Shown here: positions 1-6,436 of the stretch, piece after piece
Numbering within the stretch: the stretch's first letter is position 1
Layout: each line of letters starts with the position of its first letter
Assembly: GCA_964565125.1 (NCBI GenBank)
Contig: CAZMCX010000003.1
Coordinates: 3,957 to 18,652, forward strand
Origin: an uncultured archaeon
Lineage (GTDB): Archaea; Iainarchaeota; Iainarchaeia; Iainarchaeales; 0-14-0-20-30-16
Length of the DNA: 14,696 nucleotides
Reading direction: 5' to 3'
Program-made: the position numbers and the translations under genes
Notes under the pieces: model-generated
What the model was told of the DNA's origin: nothing
The model's database searches: none
What the model saw: only the letters and a program-made list of their open reading frames with translations

Positions 1-63
1 TTGCGCGAAAGCGGAAAAGGGTTGTCTTAAGTCCTGCCCGTTTGACCACTTCGGTACCCCCAC
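1..63 (-). tRNA. tRNA-Leu(UAA), 5' portion only (positions 1-37 at 63..26), followed by non-tRNA sequence (25..1: intron or trailer); truncated by the window edge
   Basis: The minus strand from 63 reads GTGGGGG-TA-CCGA-AGTGGTCAA-ACGG-G-CAGGA-CTTAAGA. This gives a 7-nt acceptor strand, U8, A14, G18G19, a 3-bp class-II-like D stem, G26, anticodon-stem strand CAGGA, and loop C32 U33 UAA G37 A38 (anticodon at 29..27). The expected 3' anticodon-stem strand (TCCTG) is absent. Instead CAACCCTTTTCCGCTTTCGCGCAA follows, which contains a small CGC-UUUC-GCG hairpin. The region is GC-rich compared with its surroundings. Confidence 0.55.
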
Positions 64-73
64 CGTGATTTTT

Positions 74-79
74 AAAAAA
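74..79 (-). terminator. Oligo-T tract (T6 on the minus strand) after the structured non-coding segment and before the tRNA; candidate archaeal oligo-T terminator
   Basis: Plus-strand aaaaaa at 74-79 equals TTTTTT on the transcribed strand. Archaeal termination commonly uses oligo-T. No experimental support. Confidence 0.25.
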
Positions 80-80
80 T

Positions 81-184
81 CCTAGGTAAAACAAAACTTT
101 TGCTTTAGCAAAATGACCATATCCCATAGAGGATATTCCGCCCTACTGGCTGGCCTAGGTTCCCTATTTGCTTTTCGCAAATAG
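81..184 (-). ncRNA. GC-enriched, multi-hairpin non-coding segment downstream of rpoD (unclassified structured RNA or processing/termination element); strand assumed from operon orientation
   Basis: There is no ORF. Perfect hairpins: 164-171/177-184 (ctatttgc/gcaaatag, 5-nt loop, 3 nt after the rpoD stop), 119-124/131-136 (atatcc/ggatat) and 98-103/108-113 (ttttgc/gcaaaa). The self-complementary cctagg at 81-86 and 154-159 could close an ~80-nt domain. By eye, GC content is clearly above the coding background. Confidence 0.3.
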
Positions 185-187
185 CCA

Positions 188-892
188 TTATTTCAGTTTT
201 GCTGAAATCTTTTTAAAATATTCTTTCAAGTATTCATCAACATCAATAAAGATGTCTTCTAAATCCTTGTTTTTGAATAATTCTAAATATAAATAAAATA
301 TATCTTCTGATAATTTTACCTTAAATCCTGCTTGCTCTAAGCAATATTTACAAAAATCATATGATGCAGTTTCAGAAATAACTAATTTATTTCCGTCCTT
401 TTTTAGTTGTCCTTCTGCAACTAATTTTTCTATCTCTTTAGGAAGTTTTTCTTTTGTTTGTGTTTCTGCGAATTCTCTATAATAAACTAATGCTGGCTGG
501 AATTTAACATGCTCTTTTCCAGTTCCTTTTCCCATTTTAAGCTCAATTTCTACTTCACAATCTTTTTTTAATTTAACCAAAGGTATGTTTTTATATAGAA
601 CATCAACATCATTTGACTGAATGTCATTACTATAAACCATTCCACCTTTTTTCTTAATATATCCTTTAGATACATCAGATATTTCTCCTTTTATTGGAAC
701 TAATCCAATTCTATTTGCTAAAAATTCATCCGGCATTACACTTTCATTTTTATAGTATATTACCTCATCTACTGCCATTGTAAGAACTTCAGTCATTATT
801 GCTCTTCTTAAAAAATTCATAAAGGTGTAGTCTACATCCTTTAGAAGAAAACAATACTTTCCTTTTTCCTTATCCGCATTAATTAATTCCAT
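188..892 (-). CDS. rpoD: DNA-directed RNA polymerase subunit D (Rpo3/RpoD)
   Basis: The protein MELINADKEKGKYCFLLKDVDYTFMNFLRRAIMTEVLTMAVDEVIYYKNESVMPDEFLANRIGLVPIKG matches the conserved RpoD/Rpb3 N-terminal dimerisation motif (ANalRR...AI..V.i..N.S...DE.lahRlGLiP). The position after S13-S4-S11 is canonical. The start is ambiguous: ATG at 892 (MELIN), or ATG at 904 / GTG at 907 as in the ORF track. Confidence 0.9.
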   Translation of the reverse strand: MELINADKEKGKYCFLLKDVDYTFMNFLRRAIMTEVLTMAVDEVIYYKNESVMPDEFLANRIGLVPIKGEISDVSKGYIKKKGGMVYSNDIQSNDVDVLYKNIPLVKLKKDCEVEIELKMGKGTGKEHVKFQPALVYYREFAETQTKEKLPKEIEKLVAEGQLKKDGNKLVISETASYDFCKYCLEQAGFKVKLSEDIFYLYLELFKNKDLEDIFIDVDEYLKEYFKKISAKLK

Positions 893-968
893 CTTCACAA
901 ACATCACCTAACATATAGGACAAGAACCGCTTCGGTTAGGCCCCACCTGTGTTGTATACTGCAAAAAA

Positions 969-1352
969 TTATTTCTTCTCTTTTGATCTATATCTCTTTT
1001 TTCTTCTACAGCTATCATGTGGCATAGGAGTAACATTTTCAATTTCTAATATGTTTAACCCGCCCCTAGTTAAAGAAGTTATTGCTGCTTCTGCCCCAGG
1101 ACCCGGGTTCTTTGGTTTTATTCCACCTGATGCCCTTACTTTTATAACTATACTACTTACACCTTTATTTCTTAAAGCATCAACTACTTGTTCTGCAGCC
1201 TTCATTGCGGTGTATGGGCCACCTTCTTTATGTTGAGCCTTAGTGATCATACCACCAGTTACTCTAACTATAGTTTCTGATCCAGTTATATCTGTTGCCA
1301 AAATAATAATATTATTGTGGGATGCAAATATATTTACTATTGCTTTATTCAT
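969..1352 (-). CDS. rps11: 30S ribosomal protein S11 (uS11)
   Basis: Motifs IFASHNNIIILATDITGSE..GGM.. and VIKVRASGG...PGPGAEAAITSLTRGGL.I..IENVTPMPHD are typical of uS11. Its ATG overlaps the S4 stop (ATGA at 1349-1352). Confidence 0.95.
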   Translation of the reverse strand: MNKAIVNIFASHNNIIILATDITGSETIVRVTGGMITKAQHKEGGPYTAMKAAEQVVDALRNKGVSSIVIKVRASGGIKPKNPGPGAEAAITSLTRGGLNILEIENVTPMPHDSCRRKKRYRSKEKK

Positions 1353-1936
1353 AATAATACCGCCTTTTCTTTTTCGGTAGCAGGGCTCAGATCTACTGCT
1401 TGTTTAACTGACTCTGCTTGAAGTCTTGGTTTTCTAAGTTCTACTTCCAAAACCTTTGGTTTCTTTCCTTTATAATATGCAACTGTTACATCATCGATTA
1501 CAGTAACTAAAGCATTTGGAGAAGTAATTCTCTTTCCATTTATTGCTATGTGTCCGTGAACAATAAATTGTCTTGCTTGACTTAATGTAGTTGCTAATCC
1601 TTTCCGGAAAACAAGCATAACTAATCTTCTTTCAAGCAAATCTTCAATTTTCAAAGATAATACACTATCAAGTGTTGCGTCGTCTTTCAACAAACCATAC
1701 TTTTTCAAAGAGTCTATTAATATTTTCTTCTCTTTTTCTAGTTGGTCTGATGGTAAAGCCAATACATCTCTTGCTGACTTTCTCTTTTTTCTTAACATTG
1801 TTTTAAACATGAACAATTCCTTTTTGTTTACTAAACAATAATTTTTTAACATGTCCCTTTCTTCAGGTATTCTTTCCTTGTCGAACCTTTTTTTAGGAAC
1901 ACTATATTTCTTTGAAAATTTTCTTGGATCTCCCAT
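1349..1936 (-). CDS. rps4: 30S ribosomal protein S4 (uS4)
   Basis: MGDPRKFSKKYSVPKKRFDKERI.EE is the archaeal uS4 N-terminus, and an S4 RNA-binding domain is present (RQFIVHGHIAINGKRITSPN). I place the start at ATG 1936, preceded by GTGAT; the track start at 1945 is the GTG inside that SD. Confidence 0.95.
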   Translation of the reverse strand: MGDPRKFSKKYSVPKKRFDKERIPEERDMLKNYCLVNKKELFMFKTMLRKKRKSARDVLALPSDQLEKEKKILIDSLKKYGLLKDDATLDSVLSLKIEDLLERRLVMLVFRKGLATTLSQARQFIVHGHIAINGKRITSPNALVTVIDDVTVAYYKGKKPKVLEVELRKPRLQAESVKQAVDLSPATEKEKAVLL

Positions 1937-2027
1937 TAATATCACGTCCTATTTTTGATGGCCTGTTTGATATTTCTGCGAACTTGTGAGCATAAATTCA
2001 AACTTGCCATTAATATCACCATAAAAA

Positions 2028-2600
2028 TTATTTGGCTATTTTTACAACCCCTATACTTCTTCCTTTTCCTCTAAATCCTGACTTTGTTTTTTGTCCTCTT
2101 ACAGGCAGGCCTTTCACTCTTCTTATTGCTTTTCTATGTCTCATCTTACCTAATCTATCTAATTCTTCTTTGTCATTAAACATTAACTCTGACCCTAAAA
2201 GATGTTTTGCTTTTCCGTCCCAAATATCTTCTGGTTTGTTAACAAACCAACTTGGAAAACCATAGTTCAAAGGATTTTTTGCAATATCGTCCAATAAAGC
2301 CATTTGCTTTTCATCTAATTTCCCTATTTTTGTGGTTGGCGGCAATTTTGTTTTTAATTCAAAAACCCTTGCAACTGCAACATTGTATCTTGTTCCAATT
2401 CCTTTTATTTTTCCAAGTACAGTCTGAACAGATTTACCTGCAGAAACATCAGTATCAATAATTCTAACAATTCCTTCACTAGATTCTATTTTTTGTGGTT
2501 TGGGCACAAAAACCTTTTTTTCTGTTTTTACTTCTTTAGAATTTCTATCTTTGTTTTTACCATAATTACCTTTTCTTTGTTTTTCTTCTTTTTTTGCCAT
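2028..2600 (-). CDS. rps13: 30S ribosomal protein S13 (uS13) with a ~40-aa Lys-rich N-terminal extension
   Basis: The core IVRIIDTDVSAGKSVQTVLGKIKGIGTRYNVAVARVF...RGQKTKS..RGKG is uS13. ATG at 2600 is preceded by GAGGTG (SD), which supports translation of the extension. Confidence 0.93.
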   Translation of the reverse strand: MAKKEEKQRKGNYGKNKDRNSKEVKTEKKVFVPKPQKIESSEGIVRIIDTDVSAGKSVQTVLGKIKGIGTRYNVAVARVFELKTKLPPTTKIGKLDEKQMALLDDIAKNPLNYGFPSWFVNKPEDIWDGKAKHLLGSELMFNDKEELDRLGKMRHRKAIRRVKGLPVRGQKTKSGFRGKGRSIGVVKIAK

Positions 2601-2621
2601 TTAAACACCTCAAAAATAATA

Positions 2622-2831
2622 TTATAATTTTACCTTCTTAAGTTCTTCAACACTCTTTACTGCCTGATCCAAAGGCCACAAATGAAGCATATTTATTTTT
2701 CTATTCTTAAATTTTAATCCTTCAATTCCAACAATATTTGACTTTGCATCTATTGATGCAATCATTACAACTTTTCCAAAATCGTTGCCTTGTTTTATTA
2801 TACAAACTCTTCCAACATCAATTATTTTCAT
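2622..2831 (-). CDS. rpl14e: 50S ribosomal protein L14e (eL14), KOW-type
   Basis: MKIIDVGRVCIIKQGNDFGKVVMIASIDAKSNIVGIEG...KFKNRKINMLHLWP fits the archaeal eL14 pattern (GRVc....G...Gk..vIv...D.n.vlv.G......r..N..HL). ATG at 2831 follows GGTG; the track start at 2840 is the SD GTG. Confidence 0.85.
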   Translation of the reverse strand: MKIIDVGRVCIIKQGNDFGKVVMIASIDAKSNIVGIEGLKFKNRKINMLHLWPLDQAVKSVEELKKVKL

Positions 2832-2841
2832 ATTTAACACC

Positions 2842-3288
2842 TTATTTTTTCATCTTATTTAAATATTTTTCCATAACATCAATAATTCCTGAAGAATTAA
2901 TTTTGTCAATATTAATTACTAAATCATAATTTCCATAATCTTTTACATTCAAACCATAATTGTTTGTAAAATATTCCCTCATTTCACTATCTTTTGTTTC
3001 AATTTCTTTCTTTGCGTCTTCAATTGTTATTTTTTTATTTTCAACTAAATATCTAATTTTATTTTCCAAAGATGCTTTCAAAAAAATTCTTACATCCGGA
3101 TCTTTTATTTTCCACACAGCCAACATACCCTTATAGATTGTGTCTTTTTTTGGTTTATTAAAAAAACCTTCTTCTTTAGGAACATTGTCTTCTATTGGTT
3201 CAAATTTCAAGCCATACCTCAAAGCAATAGCTTTACAAGTAGGTTCTATATCCTCATAACCATTACTTGCAATAGTTATAATCATCAT
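2842..3288 (-). CDS. Archaeal-type cytidylate kinase (CMK) homologue with a degenerate P-loop; likely non-catalytic or neofunctionalised
   Basis: The C-terminal two thirds (KGMLAVWKIKDPDVRIFLKASLENKIRYLVENKKITIEDAKKEIETKDSEMREYFTNNYGLNVKDYGNYDLVINIDK) resemble the archaeal CMK core/lid. The gene sits in the conserved L34e-cmk-L14e slot. The N-terminus reads IITIASNGYEDIEPTCK where ItISG..GSGK(T/S)T is expected. Confidence 0.65.
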   Translation of the reverse strand: MMIITIASNGYEDIEPTCKAIALRYGLKFEPIEDNVPKEEGFFNKPKKDTIYKGMLAVWKIKDPDVRIFLKASLENKIRYLVENKKITIEDAKKEIETKDSEMREYFTNNYGLNVKDYGNYDLVINIDKINSSGIIDVMEKYLNKMKK

Positions 3289-3344
3289 TTTCACCTACAA
3301 CCCATATTTCCCAGCTATATTCTTGAGTATAATTCTCTTTATAA

Positions 3345-3668
3345 CTACTTCCCAATCCTCTTTATTGCCTGAGAAACAAACTTTCTCATTGTTATTGTTA
3401 GATCTTCTTCTTTTTTTGCGCCGATTTTTACTTTTATTGTGTTCTCAAAAACTTTATCCCTACATGTTGAACACAATACCCCTCCAAACAATACTGAAGG
3501 CCTTTTTTCTGTTTTTGATAATCCTCTACTATTGTTTGCAGACAATATTCTTTCATTACACATTCCACAGCTTACCTTAGTCTTCTTCTGTCTTATCAAA
3601 CTAACTCTAGATTCCCCACTTGGAACTCTTACTCTTTTTTTCTTCATTACTCTTGCGCCAGGTCTCAT
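3345..3668 (-). CDS. rpl34e: 50S ribosomal protein L34e (eL34)
   Basis: MRPGARVMKKKRVRVPSGESRVSLIRQKKTKVSCGMC...KRPSVLFGGVLCSTCRDKV carries the eL34 zinc-ribbon pattern (C..C ... C..C). ATG at 3668 follows GTGAT; the track TTG start at 3686 would overlap the upstream gene. Confidence 0.9.
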   Translation of the reverse strand: MRPGARVMKKKRVRVPSGESRVSLIRQKKTKVSCGMCNERILSANNSRGLSKTEKRPSVLFGGVLCSTCRDKVFENTIKVKIGAKKEEDLTITMRKFVSQAIKRIGK

Positions 3669-3678
3669 GATAATCACT

Positions 3679-4122
3679 TTATCCAAACACTTTTCTTTTT
3701 TCTAATAAATTAAATACTACACTATAATAAATCCCTGAAACTATTGCAACTAATATATACCACACTAATGCTGGGCTTAACCCCAAAAATTTTCCTACTG
3801 GAAATTCAGCGTGCAAGAAATATATCTGCACAATAAACAAAATTATTATTCCAATAATAAACAGATATATCATATTTGACATATTTCCCTTCATCATTGA
3901 CATAGACAACTCCATTATCTCTTTTTGAAGTTTATCTGTTTTTTCTTTTGCTTTGGGGTTTGTTGCAGAACTTTTCAAAAGTTCTTTCATTTCTTTTTGT
4001 TTCTCTTTAACCTCTTTCTGTTTTTCTTTTATACCATATTTTTTTTCTGATCTTTTTTTCAGATAAAAACTAATTGCTGAAACCAATAATCCCAATGTCC
4101 CTACAATAAAAACTGCCCACAT
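3679..4122 (-). CDS. DUF106-family membrane protein (archaeal YidC/Oxa1/EMC3-like insertase homologue)
   Basis: Three predicted TM helices are present (WAVFIVGTLGLLVSAISFYL; IYLFIIGIIILFIVQIYFL; LVWYILVAIVSGIYYSVVFNLL), with a K/E-rich coiled-coil between TM1 and TM2. It occupies the conserved position just downstream of secY in archaea. ATG at 4122 follows GGTGAT. Confidence 0.6.
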   Translation of the reverse strand: MWAVFIVGTLGLLVSAISFYLKKRSEKKYGIKEKQKEVKEKQKEMKELLKSSATNPKAKEKTDKLQKEIMELSMSMMKGNMSNMIYLFIIGIIILFIVQIYFLHAEFPVGKFLGLSPALVWYILVAIVSGIYYSVVFNLLEKRKVFG

Positions 4123-4127
4123 CAATA

Positions 4128-5525
4128 TCACCGAGCCATAAACTTCCCTAACATTGGAAGCAACTGAGGTGCTTGTTCTCTTACTAGTTCCTCATACATT
4201 CTATATAAAATATCAACTGTTAACAGTATTCCCATTCCAGTTCCTACTGCACCAGTAATGTCCGCAAATCCGGCCATAAGCCCAACAAATATCGATCCTA
4301 AGATCGTAATTGTCGGAATATACCTATCCAAAACACCTTTTACTACTCTTGGGTCTCTTCTAAATCCGGGCAAATACATTCCACTTTTATTTAACTGATT
4401 AGCTAAAGAGCCTGAATCCTGACCAGCCATCTGAACCCAAAGTACTCCAAACAAAACACATGCCGCAGTTAATACAACTATGTACAACAAAGCATATCCT
4501 ATACTAGACAGAATATAACCCCATTCTGAACCCCCACCAATTACTTGGTTGAGGACATCGAGGACTACACTTCTTGTTGGGTTAACGACTTTATCAATAA
4601 ATGAAAATATTACTGAAAATACCCCTGTTCCTTTCGCAATCCATTGTGCAAGTAAGTGTATATTTGCAAACAAAGCAGCAGCCAATATTACAGGCATATT
4701 GCTCACATAGAAGAACTTTACTGGATATTTACCCATCGCCCCTCTTTGCCCAACTGTCAAAGGAATATTTACATGAACTCCTTCAAAGTAAACAACTATG
4801 AAAAATATTACCAATGCAAACATTATTGGCAGGAGATTGTTCACAAAACTTAACAAAAACCCACTTGTTCCCATGTTATGGAAAAATGACCATAACAAAC
4901 CATCTGCAGATGCAAAGTTAATTGTTGCGTGGCCTATAGACAAACCTGCACCATAGGTAAATGGATTAAATATTCTAATTAATATTGTGCTTGCAACACC
5001 GCCCGCAATAAATAAAGAAATTCCAGAACCAAATCCATAATTCTTTACAACTTCATCTAAATATAATAATATTATTGATCCAATTGCTACCTGCAATAAA
5101 ACCAAAAAAAACCTTCCTGATTCTGGAGCCAAAAGCCCCATTTTTACATAAATAAATGCTTCAAAGAAAGATAAGATAATTGCTAATAACTTTTGCCAAC
5201 TGCTAAATCTTGCTCTTTGAGCTGGATCTGAGAAGTCCATATTTATTATTTTACTTCCAACTAGTAACTGCAGTATAATGGATGCTACAACTATTGGGCC
5301 TATACCAACACTAATTATTGTTCCTATTTTACTTGCCAATAAATATTGGATATGTTCTAAACCTATTTGGGCTGATGAACTCAATCCGTAGATTGGAATC
5401 ATACCCAAAACAAAGAACACAACTAAGATTAATAGTGTCCATTTAAGCTTAGATGTTAAAGATGGCTTTTCTTTTGGAGCTATTACTTCAGGAATAACCC
5501 TAAAAACATTATCCATTATACTCAT
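4128..5525 (-). CDS. secY: Preprotein translocase subunit SecY
   Basis: 465 aa and polytopic (about 10 TM segments). Its position after L15 is canonical. The ATG overlaps the L15 stop (ATGA at 5522-5525). Confidence 0.95.
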   Translation of the reverse strand: MSIMDNVFRVIPEVIAPKEKPSLTSKLKWTLLILVVFFVLGMIPIYGLSSSAQIGLEHIQYLLASKIGTIISVGIGPIVVASIILQLLVGSKIINMDFSDPAQRARFSSWQKLLAIILSFFEAFIYVKMGLLAPESGRFFLVLLQVAIGSIILLYLDEVVKNYGFGSGISLFIAGGVASTILIRIFNPFTYGAGLSIGHATINFASADGLLWSFFHNMGTSGFLLSFVNNLLPIMFALVIFFIVVYFEGVHVNIPLTVGQRGAMGKYPVKFFYVSNMPVILAAALFANIHLLAQWIAKGTGVFSVIFSFIDKVVNPTRSVVLDVLNQVIGGGSEWGYILSSIGYALLYIVVLTAACVLFGVLWVQMAGQDSGSLANQLNKSGMYLPGFRRDPRVVKGVLDRYIPTITILGSIFVGLMAGFADITGAVGTGMGILLTVDILYRMYEELVREQAPQLLPMLGKFMAR

Positions 5526-5950
5526 TCTATCTTTCCTCCCTTGTTTTCAACCATCTTCTTAACATTTTCTATAGCTTTTATATTTTTCAACATGAACTTG
5601 TATTTTGGCTCTTTTCTGCCAATTACTTTTGTGTATTTTTTAAACCTTTTGTTTTCTGCAAAATCAATTTCTATTCCTTTTTCAAGATCTGCTTTTTTAA
5701 TTGTGCCCGCATCAACAAGATTATCTACATATTCATTTAACATTAATAAAGATATTGCTACATCTTTAGTCAATCCTTTTTGAGAAACTTTCTTTTCTTC
5801 ATCAATAAACTTAATCCAGTGATGACCAAAATGCCCTGCTCTTCCTCTTCCACCCCTAGAGCCTGCGCCTCTTCTATTCTTAGTATCTCCGGCACCCCTA
5901 GTTCTTGTTCCTAAATATCTTTTTTTTCTTCGTTCTTGTCTTACAACCAT
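5522..5950 (-). CDS. rpl15: 50S ribosomal protein L15 (uL15)
   Basis: The N-terminus RKKRYLGTRTRGAGDTKNRRGAGSRGGRGRAGHFGHHW is the Gly/Arg-rich uL15 signature. Synteny is L30-L15-SecY. Confidence 0.95.
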   Translation of the reverse strand: MVVRQERRKKRYLGTRTRGAGDTKNRRGAGSRGGRGRAGHFGHHWIKFIDEEKKVSQKGLTKDVAISLLMLNEYVDNLVDAGTIKKADLEKGIEIDFAENKRFKKYTKVIGRKEPKYKFMLKNIKAIENVKKMVENKGGKIE

Positions 5951-5979
5951 ACAAAACCACTTATTCAGAATTAAAAAAA

Positions 5980-6435
5980 TTATATCATTTTATTCAAAAG
6001 AGTGTTTATCTCTTTTCCTCTGGGGCCTAAATCCCCCTTTTGTCTAAATGTTGCCTTTATTGATTTTAATCCTTTTGATGCTGGGCTTAATCTAAATACT
6101 TTCTTTATTCCCAATTCATAAACTTTCTTTGGTTCTTTATACATTTCAACTACTTTTTCCAAAGTAACTTTCTTTTCTTTAAAGAATTCAGGAGTTAATC
6201 TTTTGTGCCCTTCTAATCTTCCTCTTTTCTCCACCATTGCTTTCAATGTTGCATCATCTATTTCACCGTAGGTTACATAGTCTTTTACTTTGTCAAGTTG
6301 ACCTTTCATAACATCATCTAATTTAACAATAACACAATGGTTTACTCTTGTTAAACCCATAATTTTCAAAGCATAATTTACTTGAGTACTTTTCTTTGCG
6401 GCACCCCTTAATCTAATTACTGCTAATAAAGTCAT
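5980..6435 (-). CDS. rpl30: 50S ribosomal protein L30 (uL30)
   Basis: MTLLAVIRLRGAAKKSTQVNYALKIMGLTRVNHCVIV is the uL30 fold signature. ATG at 6435 is preceded by GGTGG and lies 1 nt after the S5 stop; the track start at 6465 would overlap S5. Confidence 0.93.
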   Translation of the reverse strand: MTLLAVIRLRGAAKKSTQVNYALKIMGLTRVNHCVIVKLDDVMKGQLDKVKDYVTYGEIDDATLKAMVEKRGRLEGHKRLTPEFFKEKKVTLEKVVEMYKEPKKVYELGIKKVFRLSPASKGLKSIKATFRQKGDLGPRGKEINTLLNKMI

Positions 6436-6436
6436 T

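Noticed and set aside
81-159. A 79-nt region closed by CCTAGG/CCTAGG, considered as a tRNA on either strand
   Set aside because: There is no 7-nt anticodon loop (the hairpin loops are 6 and 4 nt), no T-loop (GTTCRANYC) and no D-loop GG at the proper spacing. It does not fit a cloverleaf.
1-180. Complementarity between the post-tRNA trailer (1-21, ttgcgcgaaagcggaaaaggg) and the sequence just after the rpoD stop (162-180), suggesting a circularly permuted or split tRNA leader-trailer helix
   Set aside because: Both segments are themselves self-complementary hairpins, which inflates the apparent inverted similarity. The intervening 64-161 contains no tRNA-Leu 3' half (no TCCTG, T-arm or CCCCCAC acceptor strand). 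The left partner is cut by the window edge, so the match cannot be evaluated.
3295-3344. TATA-like strings (TTATAAAG, AATTATAC, AATATAGC on the minus strand) in the L34e-cmk spacer as an internal promoter
   Set aside because: In a genome this AT-rich such strings occur by chance. No BRE-like element or conserved spacing could be established from sequence alone.
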